From an uncultured archaeon (GTDB taxonomy: Archaea; Asgardarchaeota; Thorarchaeia; Thorarchaeales; CAZPUN01): DNA of 32,000 nt. Positions within the stretch are counted from its first letter, which is position 1; the number at the start of each line of letters is the position of its first letter. The notes beneath the pieces are model-generated. The model saw only the letters and a program-made list of their open reading frames with translations, was not told the DNA's origin and did not search any database. Positions 1 through 12,800 of this stretch are shown piece by piece. The DNA lies in assembly GCA_964589775.1 (NCBI GenBank), contig CAZPUN010000033.1, positions 7,104-39,103 on the forward strand, given 5' to 3'. The position numbers and the translations under genes were made by a program.

Positions 1-3000
1 TTACTGCAGTACTACGTGAATAGTTTGTCTTTTCAAATGTTAAGTCCAAGGTGTAAATTCCAAGTTTCAGGGTTGAAAGCACTGGAAATACATAAGTTCC
101 ATTGCCGAGATCATATAATTGTGTAATTCCACCGATCCAGCTGGCAATTGCAAATGCATTCGGAATTGTCTCATTATTTAGAATGTCTTTGTAGGTAAAT
201 GTCAAATTCTTTGCTACTGTGACCGGTACAGTGTATGTGTAATTTGCAATAATAGTTGTAGGAATTTCATTGACGACTAATGTTACAATTCCAGTAGAAA
301 TACGATAGTTGGATTTTGCAAATCGGATCTTTATATTATAATCTCCGGGTACAACCGCACCAGTATTTATCGTGAAGTAATAGAGACCATTTCCAAGTTC
401 GGTAAGAGTTCCAGAGCCACCATCCCAAGTGAATGTAGCATCCGCATTTTCAACAGGAACGTCATTATGCGTGTCATTGTAGCGTAAGTAGAATGTGACA
501 TTTCTGCCATAGTATTCTGTAATCGTAGAATTCAATGCAGTGAATTTGGTAGGTATGTCTTGAATATTAATTGTTATTGTAATAGTAGCTACAGAGTAGC
601 CGGGCTTGCTAGCACGAATTGTTAGGAAGAATGTACCTACAGATAGTGTTGTTGTATCAATTGTAACTGAATACCAACCACTTCCAAATTCATTTAGAGA
701 TCCTTCAAGTCCAGTAGTCTTGTAGGTTACATTTGCATGAGTAATTGCCAAATTATGTGCAGTATCATTAAAGTATACAAGTATAGAGAGCGTATCAGTA
801 TATATCGGGTCGTAAATTAATTGACCATTGAGTACATTCAATGTAGTGGGTATTGGAGTAACACGAACTGTGATGTAAATCGTTGCATCAACACGATCAT
901 GAATGCTTGCAGATACTGTGAGTACATATGTACCGATGCTCAGTGGTGAAGTATCAATATTTGCAACATAAAATCCTGCTGTTCCATTTTCAGCCATAGT
1001 ACCAGTTACATTTCCAATTGAGTATGTAATGTTAGCACCTACAATAGGTTGTCCAGTGTTTGTCTGGTTATAGAACACCCACAGTGGTAGATGTACACCT
1101 TCAATGACTGAGATAGAGTAATGTTCAGTAATGAGTTCTGATTCAGCTTTATATACTACCACATTAATCTGTGTAATTCGGGTCTGATGATTTGTTTTTG
1201 CGGCAGTGATAGACGCAACATAAGTTCCAATTGGATTTGTAGAAGTATCTAAGATCAAGCGATAATATCCATTACCAAGTTCTGTGAAGTTGTATTCGTT
1301 TGTATTCCAAATTAAGGTAAGAGTCACATTGAGTACTGGTTCGTTTGCATACGTGTTGTTAATATAGGCATCAATTTGAATTAAATCGCCCCAATATGCT
1401 GTGTATGTTGTCTTAGTTAAGACAATTCCCATTGGAATTGCACCGGGCTGGATTGAAAGTCTGGAAGTTATGTTTGCATAAAGATACTTGTTAGCATAAA
1501 CGTTGAAGCTATAAACAATAGCACCAAGACCCGTTGTGTTAATTGTGAGCTGATAAACTCCATTACCTATCTCTGCAACTGTTGTACTCGTATGATATAG
1601 TTCAGTCCAATTAGAGCTAATGGTAGCACCAATTATTGGAACATTATGATCAATATCAGTGAGTGTAAGATTAATTATTATTGGGTCGCCCACTGGTATT
1701 GAAGCTGGCTCAGGAATATCTGCTTGAATCTTCATCTGAATTGCACGAACTGTCGCAGGAATCGCACTTGTAGTGATATTAGAGTAGAACGGAGCTATAT
1801 CACTAACATTGAGCGAGAATACAAACATGAAATTACCAATTTTGTTAAATTGACCTGAAGGCACGATTAGGCGATACAAACCATTTCCGAGTGCTATTGT
1901 GTAATTTATAATGGAACTCTTGTTCAAACATACGAAATACATTTGTGCATTATTAATCGGCTTGCTATTAATGTAATCACGGAATAATAGGGTGATAGAT
2001 AAATTGTCACCGTATGGAACAGTGGTAACTTCTTGAATTAATACTTCTGTGGGTCTTCGAGTCGTACTAAATGTTGCTTGGATACTACGGGTATCATAAT
2101 ATGGAACAACATTTCCCCAGACAACGGTTACATTGATCAGATATCTATTTAGAAGAGTTGTACTGGAGAATATCGAAGTGTTGATCGATATAGTATAAAC
2201 GCCATTGCTACCAGTTAGACTGTAATCACCGGAAGCTAATATTGTATTTGACGGACCATGCCCTATAATTATATTTGATTTATCGATACTTAGACCAGAG
2301 CCATTCAAATAGTCACTATAACTTATGATAAACGTAATGTTTTCATTGAATGGCACGTCTGCAGGAGTCTTTACAAAGTGTAAATCTACAGGACGATGCA
2401 CAACATTCACATTAATGATTTTTGATCGTGTCTGATAATATGGCGAGCCAGACTTTGAAATCGTAACATTAATTGCAAATGTATCTACACTACCAAGTGC
2501 AACAGAGGATATTGAAATGAGATACCATCCATTGCCATTATCCTGTACCCAATAGTTAACGTCTTTGACAAGTACTTCTGCAGAAGTATCACAGGATATT
2601 ACAACTAATGCATTACTTATTCCTGCACCAGTTGTATCATCACTATAGCTAACGGAAATATTTACTAATTCAAGGTATGGAGTATCTTCAGGAAATTCGT
2701 ATCCCAATTGAGTTGAACGACCAACCACGGTAATATACAAGAAATCTGTTGCATTGTTGCAAAAGTTCGTTCCAGTATAGGCAATGTGCACACTAATACC
2801 GAACAGGCCTGTTCCGTTAAGTATTGTAGTATTTAGATGCACAACATATGTACCATCACCATTATCATCCACAGTGTACCAGCCTGCTAATGTGTCATTA
2901 AGTGTAATAATTCCACCATACATATTACTGGAACTTCCAGATTCAAGATCTGTGAATGTAAATGGAATATCAATTATGTTGCCATATTGTACTGGCTGAT

Positions 3001-6000
3001 AACCACCATGAGATAATTGAGTGTGCCTACGAATAACAACTATTTGGATGGCTTCATATGTTTGATTTGCATAGAATGGTGCACCACTCCATGTTACCGA
3101 TAGATGGAACGTAAATGTACCAATGTTGTTCCAACTTGATGCATTTATCATAACTACAAATTTTCCGGTATCATCACCCAGATATACAACAGAGTAGATC
3201 ACATTTCCTTCCACAATTGAAACAGTAATTGAACTCGAATTACGAATGAATTCATTCTTAAGAACATCAACAAATGTGAATGTAAGATTGCCAATTTCAG
3301 CATATGGTGTGGTTGGAATTGGATTGAATGAGATGTACGTAGGTCGTGATTGAATCATCACGGTAACAATCATGGTTTTATTTTCATAAAGTGGTGATTG
3401 CCCGCGAGTCCAGTTCGCATAAATTCTGAACTGATATGTTCCATAGCTCATTAGTAGAGATGAATTAAGTGTGAATGAATACTCACCGGGAGATCCAGCT
3501 GGATCAACTTCTGCAATTACAAAATCGGATTGTGATACTGTTTCACCAGGATTTAGAACAACAACATAAAGATGTACATTTCCGGGATAAAGCCCTGTGC
3601 TATTTACAATTCCTGTACTATTTACAACATCATAATAAATAACTGTGAATGTAATATTATCAAGATAATAAATTGTTCCAGGGCTTTGTCCGATATACAG
3701 GTCAGTTTGAGTACCAGTAATTCTGACACGTATGGTGAGTGTTTTGTTTTCATATTTGGGTTCTGCACCAGTCCAATTCACATAAACTGTAAACTCTTTC
3801 CAACCAATACTACCCCATTGGGCTGTAGGAATGGTTATATTATAATGTCCATCACCAGTTGTAGCATTAGCTACATAATAAATCGGCGAAGCAACTTCGG
3901 GTATTACAACATAAATTAAGACATTATGCCCATTTGCAGTTCCATTCGCAATACCTTCGTCTAAATCAGCATCGTAATAGTATACAAGAACGGTAATATT
4001 TGAACCATAAGCGGTCTGGGATACAGGTTCATCTAGAGTAAAACTTGTAGCATGAGAACGAACTTCAATGGTAATATATATCGTATGGTTTTGACAACCA
4101 TAGCGGGATACCGTAATTGCTACAGTCCAGCTTTTGAGAGGATCTGTATTGACCGTATAGAAGGTCATATTGTATACTCCATTTCCGAGTTCTGTAAGAG
4201 TATAATTTGGATCCCCTAAAGAGTGATAAGAAGTCCAATTAGCAGTGATGTTTGAAACTGCCCCAGTAATTGGTTCATCATGATCGATATCCCAGTATGT
4301 TAGATTTATTGATACGGCCTCACCCAAAGGTATCGGGAGATAATTTGCAGACGTCGTAAATGAAGTGTATAGTTCATGAACAGTAACATACATGGATAAT
4401 GTTACAGTATGATAGAATTCCTTTGCGAATGTTATATCGACAACATAGCTCTTTAGTTCTACTGAACTCGTATTCAGTTCTACTTTATAATGTCCGGGGC
4501 TTCCAGTAATGGGATATATAGTGTATGCATTTGCGCTCCAATTACAACTTAGTGGAGCATTACTAATTGGATTACCCATCTGGTCTTCAAGATACACGTT
4601 AAACGAAATATTCCAGCCTTTTGGACCAGAAACTCCGGGATATTGTGGCGAGGACATATGGGATTCATAATATACGTAGATTATAAGATCTTGAACTACA
4701 GCATCAAAATATTGTCTTTGCCAAGAGATTCGTATGACAAACTTTCCATTACTTCCTAACTGAGTCGTATTGAGAATTGTTGCATATTCTCCGTTTCCAT
4801 TATCATCCATATACTCGGTTCCAGTGGTCCAATTGTAAGTCATTACTCCAGATGGAACTAGAATACCACTATCAGTATCATGAGCCCTAATTCTCAATAG
4901 AACCAAGTCGCCATATGTTACATTTGTATTCCAGTCAGAAGATGCATCTGAAGGATCTACAACAGATAGAGCGGTTGCATGAGTCACTGTGAACTTTCTA
5001 AGGAAGAATCCAACATCGTATATACCACCTGCACTAACAGTACTGTTTGTATATGCTTGAATTGTCCATTCTCCTGCTGATGCATTACTTCCCGCTAAAT
5101 TAAATACGCCTGTAGTAGCGATTCCTGAGGATACTGTTGCGATAGTTGTCGCCCATACAGAACCATCAGGAGCAAAAATCGTAAAGTTAACTTTATCACC
5201 ATCAAATGATGTACCCACATAGGCACGAATCTGTATTGAATCACCAGCTCTGAAGTTTCCTGTTTTAGACCACGTGGAAGTACTTGAATCATATATTTCA
5301 AGATTAGTAATCATATTTGGAGAAACACCTTTAATTGGCCAGAATCCAATCTTGTCTGCAAATGGAATCGTATCTACAGATACATTGAGATATCCGTCGC
5401 CATAATCTCCACCAGACCACCCACTAGTAAGATTTGTATTGGGATCCAATGGTTTTGCAACAAACCGCACATCACGCGTTGTAGGAATTGTTAGATTATA
5501 GAAGTAATCATCTTCATATCCAACTGGAATCTGAACAAGGAAATATGAAGACCAAGATGCATCACTACCATTACTTATTTCGAAGTTTTCGCCTATAGCT
5601 GACGGGTCTGCAGCATATACAGTCTTATTCACTTCGTTTCTAGCGTATAGGTTTAGAGAGACATCAAACTCAACTTCAATGTATAAATCGGGATCAGGTG
5701 GATTAGGAGATGGCGTCCATGTGAAGTTTGCAATTGCTGAAGTACCAGTCCATAAATATGATTGAGATACTGCACCAGTACCGTAAATAGCTCCATCATT
5801 TACGGTAAGAGAATTCATCTTCAGATTAATTTGACTGGGGGCAACTTTAGTTTTCATATATAATTTTACATTGTCAATTCGTGCAGCGGGTAAAATATCT
5901 GGATTATATCCAACACTTTGAGTTGTTAGAAGACCTATTTCAATAGTGAATGTATCGCCATTATCAAGGTCTAATAAACTTGGATCTAGATTAATTAATC

Positions 6001-6829
6001 CAGTATTATACCAGACATTTTCCGCTCCAATTTGACTGAAGGCTAATGTCCAATCACGATCATTTACATTTGTTGAATTTATGATCATATAGAGAACAAA
6101 TGAACCAGTCATACCATAGTGAGTTGTATCTCGAGTCTCGGCTTGATAATCCATCGAGAATGCCATCCATGTTATAGTGCCACGGTCCACAGTTACAGTT
6201 TGACGAGCATATACATGATCTCCATTATCATACCAATAGTTTCCACTACTGTATCGTCCATCAATTGTGAAACGAACGTCATCATCATTTGTTCCGTGGC
6301 CATCATCTTCCCAGAAGGAATTCATTGTGTTTGCAGAACCTGCATCTGATGTACCAAGAGTCCAACCAGTTGCGCTTCCTTGAAATCCGGGATTTGTAAC
6401 CCATGTCCGGTTTTCAGTAATATGAGTTAGATGAGCATCCATGTAATATCCAGTCCAATCTTTACCAATGGGTACAGAGGGCGTTGCATAGCTTGTACCA
6501 CTTGCGGGGTCATAGTGGATTTTTATGTCTTCATAAGACACAGTACGATTTGCATATTGCCCCGCAGGATTTCCTGCGCCAATACCGGAATAAGATTTCC
6601 ATACGCCTGATGCAACATCATATTCCCAAAGTATTTCATCAGGTGAGATATTGACCTTAGTCCCATCATCTAGTACAATAGTACTTGATGGAGGCGAAGA
6701 GCTCTTATGTTCAGCCCCAGGATACACGGGAATGCCATTTCCAAAATAGGAAATTGAAAATAGCATAATCATTACTAATACCATTGCATTGACTTTATTT
6801 ATTTTCCGAATATTCTTTCCCATCTTCAT
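1..6829 (-). CDS. Giant cell-surface glycoprotein with Ig-like repeats, paralogue B (partial, >2276 aa, 3' end beyond the left edge)
   Basis: Not in the ORF track. ATG at 6829 lies 4 nt after the upstream TGA, with a GGTGA SD overlapping that stop. Manual translation gives MKMGKNIRKINKVNAMVLVMIMLFSISYFG (signal peptide) ...ENRTWVTNPGF...IDNVKLYMKT...FTWTPSPNPPDPDL...QWGSIGWKEFTVYVNWTG...GIYTLDLTFEKTNYSRSTAV at the edge, all in one frame and colinear with the 2604-aa protein. The absence of a stop-terminated ORF in this frame in the track is consistent with no internal stop. Confidence 0.93.
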   Translation of the reverse strand, partial: MKMGKNIRKINKVNAMVLVMIMLFSISYFGNGIPVYPGAEHKSSSPPSSTIVLDDGTKVNISPDEILWEYDVASGVWKSYSGIGAGNPAGQYANRTVSYEDIKIHYDPASGTSYATPSVPIGKDWTGYYMDAHLTHITENRTWVTNPGFQGSATGWTLGTSDAGSANTMNSFWEDDGHGTNDDDVRFTIDGRYSSGNYWYDNGDHVYARQTVTVDRGTITWMAFSMDYQAETRDTTHYGMTGSFVLYMIINSTNVNDRDWTLAFSQIGAENVWYNTGLINLDPSLLDLDNGDTFTIEIGLLTTQSVGYNPDILPAARIDNVKLYMKTKVAPSQINLKMNSLTVNDGAIYGTGAVSQSYLWTGTSAIANFTWTPSPNPPDPDLYIEVEFDVSLNLYARNEVNKTVYAADPSAIGENFEISNGSDASWSSYFLVQIPVGYEDDYFYNLTIPTTRDVRFVAKPLDPNTNLTSGWSGGDYGDGYLNVSVDTIPFADKIGFWPIKGVSPNMITNLEIYDSSTSTWSKTGNFRAGDSIQIRAYVGTSFDGDKVNFTIFAPDGSVWATTIATVSSGIATTGVFNLAGSNASAGEWTIQAYTNSTVSAGGIYDVGFFLRKFTVTHATALSVVDPSDASSDWNTNVTYGDLVLLRIRAHDTDSGILVPSGVMTYNWTTGTEYMDDNGNGEYATILNTTQLGSNGKFVIRISWQRQYFDAVVQDLIIYVYYESHMSSPQYPGVSGPKGWNISFNVYLEDQMGNPISNAPLSCNWSANAYTIYPITGSPGHYKVELNTSSVELKSYVVDITFAKEFYHTVTLSMYVTVHELYTSFTTSANYLPIPLGEAVSINLTYWDIDHDEPITGAVSNITANWTSYHSLGDPNYTLTELGNGVYNMTFYTVNTDPLKSWTVAITVSRYGCQNHTIYITIEVRSHATSFTLDEPVSQTAYGSNITVLVYYYDADLDEGIANGTANGHNVLIYVVIPEVASPIYYVANATTGDGHYNITIPTAQWGSIGWKEFTVYVNWTGAEPKYENKTLTIRVRITGTQTDLYIGQSPGTIYYLDNITFTVIYYDVVNSTGIVNSTGLYPGNVHLYVVVLNPGETVSQSDFVIAEVDPAGSPGEYSFTLNSSLLMSYGTYQFRIYANWTRGQSPLYENKTMIVTVMIQSRPTYISFNPIPTTPYAEIGNLTFTFVDVLKNEFIRNSSSITVSIVEGNVIYSVVYLGDDTGKFVVMINASSWNNIGTFTFHLSVTWSGAPFYANQTYEAIQIVVIRRHTQLSHGGYQPVQYGNIIDIPFTFTDLESGSSSNMYGGIITLNDTLAGWYTVDDNGDGTYVVHLNTTILNGTGLFGISVHIAYTGTNFCNNATDFLYITVVGRSTQLGYEFPEDTPYLELVNISVSYSDDTTGAGISNALVVISCDTSAEVLVKDVNYWVQDNGNGWYLISISSVALGSVDTFAINVTISKSGSPYYQTRSKIINVNVVHRPVDLHFVKTPADVPFNENITFIISYSDYLNGSGLSIDKSNIIIGHGPSNTILASGDYSLTGSNGVYTISINTSIFSSTTLLNRYLINVTVVWGNVVPYYDTRSIQATFSTTRRPTEVLIQEVTTVPYGDNLSITLLFRDYINSKPINNAQMYFVCLNKSSIINYTIALGNGLYRLIVPSGQFNKIGNFMFVFSLNVSDIAPFYSNITTSAIPATVRAIQMKIQADIPEPASIPVGDPIIINLTLTDIDHNVPIIGATISSNWTELYHTSTTVAEIGNGVYQLTINTTGLGAIVYSFNVYANKYLYANITSRLSIQPGAIPMGIVLTKTTYTAYWGDLIQIDAYINNTYANEPVLNVTLTLIWNTNEYNFTELGNGYYRLILDTSTNPIGTYVASITAAKTNHQTRITQINVVVYKAESELITEHYSISVIEGVHLPLWVFYNQTNTGQPIVGANITYSIGNVTGTMAENGTAGFYVANIDTSPLSIGTYVLTVSASIHDRVDATIYITVRVTPIPTTLNVLNGQLIYDPIYTDTLSILVYFNDTAHNLAITHANVTYKTTGLEGSLNEFGSGWYSVTIDTTTLSVGTFFLTIRASKPGYSVATITITINIQDIPTKFTALNSTITEYYGRNVTFYLRYNDTHNDVPVENADATFTWDGGSGTLTELGNGLYYFTINTGAVVPGDYNIKIRFAKSNYRISTGIVTLVVNEIPTTIIANYTYTVPVTVAKNLTFTYKDILNNETIPNAFAIASWIGGITQLYDLGNGTYVFPVLSTLKLGIYTLDLTFEKTNYSRSTAV

Positions 6830-6833
6830 GATC

Positions 6834-9800
6834 TCACCCTCTTAGAATTGTATCCAGCAAGGCGTCTAAATCGGCTCTTGAGAGCTCTTTCGCCTGCTCA
6901 AGTATTAATTCGATCTCAGAGTCTGAAATTCCTTTTTCTTTAAGTTTCTTTCTTAATTCTTCAATCTCTTCTTCTGTCAAATGTTCGGGTTTCTCCTTAG
7001 GCTTAGGCTTCTCAATAGGAGTCTTCCCTTCGGCAATAGCTTTCGCCCGCCGAGCCCGCTCTTGTGCTATTACCTCCTTAACGAATCCTATTCTCTCACT
7101 TGCTTTCATCTTGTATAGATCTTCCTTGAATTCTTCAATGTCTTCCTCAGATAGACCTGTAATAGATGCCAACTCTTCAAGTAGTGCACTAAGCTCTGGG
7201 ACTTTGATACTAATCGGAAATTCAACAATGTCATCTGGTGTCTTCGTAATTCCAAAAGGCTCTAGATATTGCTGTATAATGGAAATAAGTATTTCATGAC
7301 GGGACGGTGCGGGAGGTACAGGAGGTATCTTACCTTTCTCAAGTCTTTTAACAATCTTGTTAATTCTTCGAACGGGCTTTGGAATACTAAATACCTTAAT
7401 CCATAACGCACCAAGAATTACAATAACAAAGATTCCTACGAAGCCATAAGAGATCATTCTGAAGAATGCCATTTGCTGTTCATTGTATTGAGAATAAACT
7501 ATGATTTGAATTTCACTAGTTCTGTAATCCTGCTTGTGAGCTTTGATATTTATGAAGAATGTTCCGATATCATTAATTGTAAAGTTCATAGCATATGTTC
7601 CGTTGTTGTAGTCTATGACTTTACCCTCAAAATGAATTCTATCTGAAGAAGTATCGACATCAATCGTTGCATTAGGTATAGATCTATTGTGATATGTGTC
7701 GTAATAGACAAATCTTAGAGTATATAGATCTCCAGGCGAGAAGTACACCTCAGTTACAGATATCTTAATTTCTGTAGGAATCAAAATGATTGAGAGAACA
7801 ACTTCTTCTTGCTTAATAGAGTAGTTCATCTTAGAGAATACGAGCGTCAATGTGTAATTATTAGGTTCTAACTTGAACTGATCCTCAAATGATGATGAAC
7901 TGAATACGTATGTTCCATTGTGCATATCTGTGAGTTCAACGATTCCAAATGTCCATAACAATGAGACAGAGGCATTAGGAATTCCAAGATCATTAAGAGA
8001 ATCCATGTAGGTAAATCTTAAATTGAATGGGTCTCCAACAGGATAAATCAATTTCTGCGGTAGAATTACAGTTGTCGGAATCTCCTTAATTCGTAATATG
8101 ACAGACTTGCGTGCTGAATCATGATACTTTGCATCAAGAACAATTGTGATACTATATTGTCCGGGTCTTGCTTCACCAGTATTGACAATAATATAGAAGG
8201 TTCCGTTTCCATAAGAATATACATTTCCAGAACCAATAATCCAGCGATAAGTTCCATTTGCTGCTAAAATTGCTTTGTTATTTAACGTGTCATTAAAGTA
8301 TACTTTGAATGTAACATTTCGTCCATAATATTCCTCAATTACGGGGTTTAGTGTTATTATTTCCGTAGGAATAGACAGTACATTTAATGTTGGACGAATA
8401 TACGCGGAACGATATCCAGTTTTCTGAGCAGTGATAGAAATGTAAAAGCTTCCAATTTCTGCTTTTGATGTGTTTATAATTGCAAAGTACCATCCATTGC
8501 CAAGTTCTGTTAAGTTTCCAGAAGCGAATGTAGAGGAATACATTACTGTTGCATGTAATACTGGAATGTTCAACTTGGTGTTGTATACATATACAGTAAT
8601 ATTCACGGTTTGACCGTGATAACAATTGATAATTTGAATTCCGTCTTTTATACTAATTGCAGTAGGTACAGACTCGATTGTTAATGTCATGAATACACTT
8701 GATTCTGCATAGTTATCTTTCTTTGCACTGATATATAACGTATAGGTTCCAATTGGATATTCATTGATCGTAATATTTCCAACATAATAACCTGCGGTTC
8801 CATTTGCAATTAATGTACCACTGCCAAATTCCCACTCGAATGTAACAGTCGCACCACTTATGGGATGACCAAAATATGTGTCGTTATAGAAGACCCAGAA
8901 GGTAATTGTTTCTTGATCGACTGCTTCAAATGTAAGCGTGTCACTTGAAAGTGATGTACTAACCTTTATAATCGTCAGCGTAACTTGAGCAACAGGTGAA
9001 CGATAATTTGTTTTATTTCCGGAAATTGTAATGATATAGGTACCCACAGGCTCAATTTGTGTATTAAATGTCAAACTGTATGTTCCATTTCCATATGAAG
9101 TGAAATTCGTATATGTATTACCTGCCCAGACTGCTTGTAAATCGAATCCGGTTAATGGAAGTACATTGTGGCTATCCCATACTGTAAGAACTATAGTAAC
9201 ATTCTCAGTCCATACTACTGAAATTACAGATTTCTTCAAATCAATTGATGTAGGAATTGGTGCTAACTCAATATCGACATCCGCAGTCTTATTAAGGTGT
9301 GTTTGCTTGCCTGCCCAAACTGTAAATGAATATACTTGAGCATTCAACCCTACAGTTGAAATATTTAATTGATAAATACCATTTCCAAGTTCTGTAATTG
9401 TAATTGAAGTACCATAGAGCTGCTGCCAGTTTACAGTAATATTTGCACCTTCAATTCCAGTATCACTATCAATATTCCAATAGGTCACGTTTGCAATTAC
9501 ATTGTCGCCGACAGGGACGGTACCAGGAGTTGGAACACTCACTTGTAATAAAGTACTAATAGATCGTAAAGTAGCATATACATGACCGTTTAATTGATCT
9601 TGATAGTATGGACTTGGTGTGTATGTGAAATTGACAGAGAACAAGTATTTTCCTAGATTCGGTAATTGTGAGCTGTTAACTATGAATGAGTAATATCCAT
9701 TGCCAAGATATATTACATCATAAGTAATTGAACCCGTTGCATTGATACATATAAGTGATGTATTAGCACCACTAATACCACGGGTTGTGTAAAAGTCTTC

Positions 9801-12800
9801 ATATCGAATAGTAATTGTAATATTATTTCCATACGCAACTGAAGGCACCTGCAAGAACACAAGCCTAGTTGGTCGTTCAACAATACTAACTTCTGTAGTA
9901 ACACTAATGTTGTCATAGTATGGAGCAATATTACCCCAGATTATTGTTATGTTGATTATATGACCAGATACTAAGACTGATGTAAGTATTGTCGAATTCA
10001 AAGATATAGTGTATAAGCCAGAACCACCTGTGAGTACATATTGGTTTGCAGTAATCAAAGTATTGGACGTACCATGAGTAAGGATTATGTTCGCTTTCGT
10101 AATGTCGATTCCACTATCGGTAAGACCATCACGGAATGAGAACTGGAATGTGACATTATTCATGAATGGTGTGTCGACAGGTGTCTTCACGATAGTTAAT
10201 TTCGCATTTCTTAATGTGACAACAACTTCAACAGTACGAGAATTATCGGTATAATAAGGTATTCCAGTCCAACTTGCTACAATATCAATCTCATAGGAAC
10301 CAAGACCACCAAGGGCAGTAGTATTAATGGATACAAGATACCATCCATTACCTTGGTATGATACAAAATAGTTAACATTTAATTGTAATGTCTCATTTGC
10401 TGTTGCACAGCTTGCAGTAATAGTTGCACCATAAATTCCACGGCTTGTAGTATCATCATAGTATCGTACCGATATATTTGCGAATTCAAGATATGGTGCA
10501 GGGTCTGGAATCTCATAACCAAGCTGAGCTCTTCTTTGTATTACAACAACATAAAATACATCTACAGCGTTATCGCAATAATTCGAACCATTATAAGTGA
10601 CCGTAGCAACAACTGCAAATGTACCGAGATTCTGGAATCCAGATGAGTTCAAATATAATGTAAATGATCCGTCACCATTGAACGTGTACGTGTAATATCC
10701 AGCTAAGCTAGCATTAAGTTCTAAAGTTCCAGACATACCAGTAGTAGAACCAGAATCAAGATCGGTATATGTGAAACTGAGAGTTAGCACATTTGCAAAT
10801 TGAACGGGTTCATAAGAGCCATGAGTTAGCTGAGTATGACGATAACGGATATTTATTGTGATTTCCTGACCTGTGTGATTTTGATAGAATGGCCACCCAA
10901 CTAACGTAACATTTAGATGAAATACAAATGTACCAGGATTGCCCCAGCTTGTTGTATTAATTTCAAAATGGAACATACCAGTATCATTTCCATCGTAATA
11001 GATGACGTAAATTATACCGCTTTCTACAATAGATACATACATATTAGAAGAATAATTAATGTGATTACCACTTAACAGATCTACAACCTTGAATGAGAAG
11101 TTTACTAACTCATTGTATGGCGTAGTAGGTATAGGAGTCCAATCAATATATGTTTGTCTCTGAAGAACTCTGAATATTATCTCAATTGTTTGATTTTCAT
11201 ATAGTGGAAGTTGTCCCTTCGTCCAATTGAATTGGATACGAACTGTAAATTCACCTATACGAGAAAGCTTAGAGGTGTCCAGTTTAAATTCGTAGTATCC
11301 GGCTTGAGTTTCATTAATCCAGAAATCAGATTGTGTAACACTCTCACCACTGGTTATCATTGTAATGAATACGTGTACATTTCCAGCATAAGCTCCGGTT
11401 GAATTTGCAATTCCAGTATTATTGGCTGTGTCCCAATATGCTAAAGTCCAAGAAGTATTTGTCATATATTGGACAGCATCAGGACTATGTATGATTTTTA
11501 TCATTGTTTCGGAGCCTGTAATTCGCACTTTGATATCCAACGTCTTATTATAGTATTTTAATGAAGAGCCGGTCCAATTTACATAAACTGTAAACTCTTT
11601 CCAGCCAATACTACCCCATTGGTCTGCAGGTAGTGTAATATTATAATGACCTGCACCAGTAGTCGCATTTGTTACAACGTATTGCAGATTGATACCAGAA
11701 GCAACTAAATAAATCAGTACATTATGACCATTAGCAGTGTCATTGGCAATTCCAACGTTCATAGATGCATCATAGTAATAGACAGTCACAACAATCGTTC
11801 CGGTATATGGCGTAGGATTAACGGGATTATCTAGTGAAAATGACGTGAGGTGTGTCTTTACATCAATATGAATTGTAAGCGTGTGATTCTGATAACCATA
11901 TTTTTCAATATTAATCTGAACCGTATAACTACCAAGTGGATCATTATTGTATGAGTAAAATCGAATTCTATAAACTCCATTTCCATAATCAAATATAGTG
12001 TAATTTATTTGCCCTGAAGTATGGAAGCTACACCAATCTGTTGAAAATGCATCACTATCACCAATCATCGGCAAGTCTTGATCTGTATCATGATAGGTAA
12101 TATTCAAATCAACGTATCCACCCACGGGTAACGTTAAGAATGATGCGGACGGTGTAGCAGAAGTATATAGTTCTCGAACTGTGACTTGAAGAATTATTTT
12201 CTTGGAATATACATATTCCTTCGATGCATTAATTTCTATCTTGTAAGTTCCTAAGTCATATGGCTCTGCATTTATATGAATTCGATATGAGCCAGGAGTT
12301 CCAGTTGCAATAACAGAATAGTCAGACCAATTACATGTAATTGTAGCTCCCGTGATTCCATTATTGTTTTGGTCTACAAAATCAACATAAATATCACCGT
12401 AAGCCGTCTTAGGAACTGAAATTCCGGGTGATGATGATGAAGTTAATTGTGAGTCATAATAAACTTCGAGATAGAAATAATGCTGTTTTGAATCATAATA
12501 TGCTTTACTCCAAGAGATGCTTAAGGTAAATCGCCCATTACTACCCAGTTGTGTTGTATTAAGAACTACGCTGTATTCACCAGTTCCAAGATCACTTAAC
12601 TGTTCGATTCCGGTAGTCCAATTATATGTCATTACACCGCCAGGGACACTCTCACCCGCATCAACATCCTGAATACGGATTTTTACAAGAATATTATCAC
12701 CAAAAGTTGCTGTTGTAGTCCAAGTACTCTGTGCTGATAATGGATAGTAAAGGGTAATATCAGTAGCATGTGTTATTGTGAATTTTCTTAAGAAGAAACC

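Noticed and set aside
1-3. TAA on the minus strand at the window edge as the stop of paralogue B
   Set aside because: It is out of frame (last full codon is 4-2), and alignment to paralogue A predicts roughly 300 more residues.
3771-11630. Diversity-generating retroelement template/variable repeat pair
   Set aside because: No reverse transcriptase in the window, both copies are mid-gene coding sequence, and only four mismatches over 59 nt.
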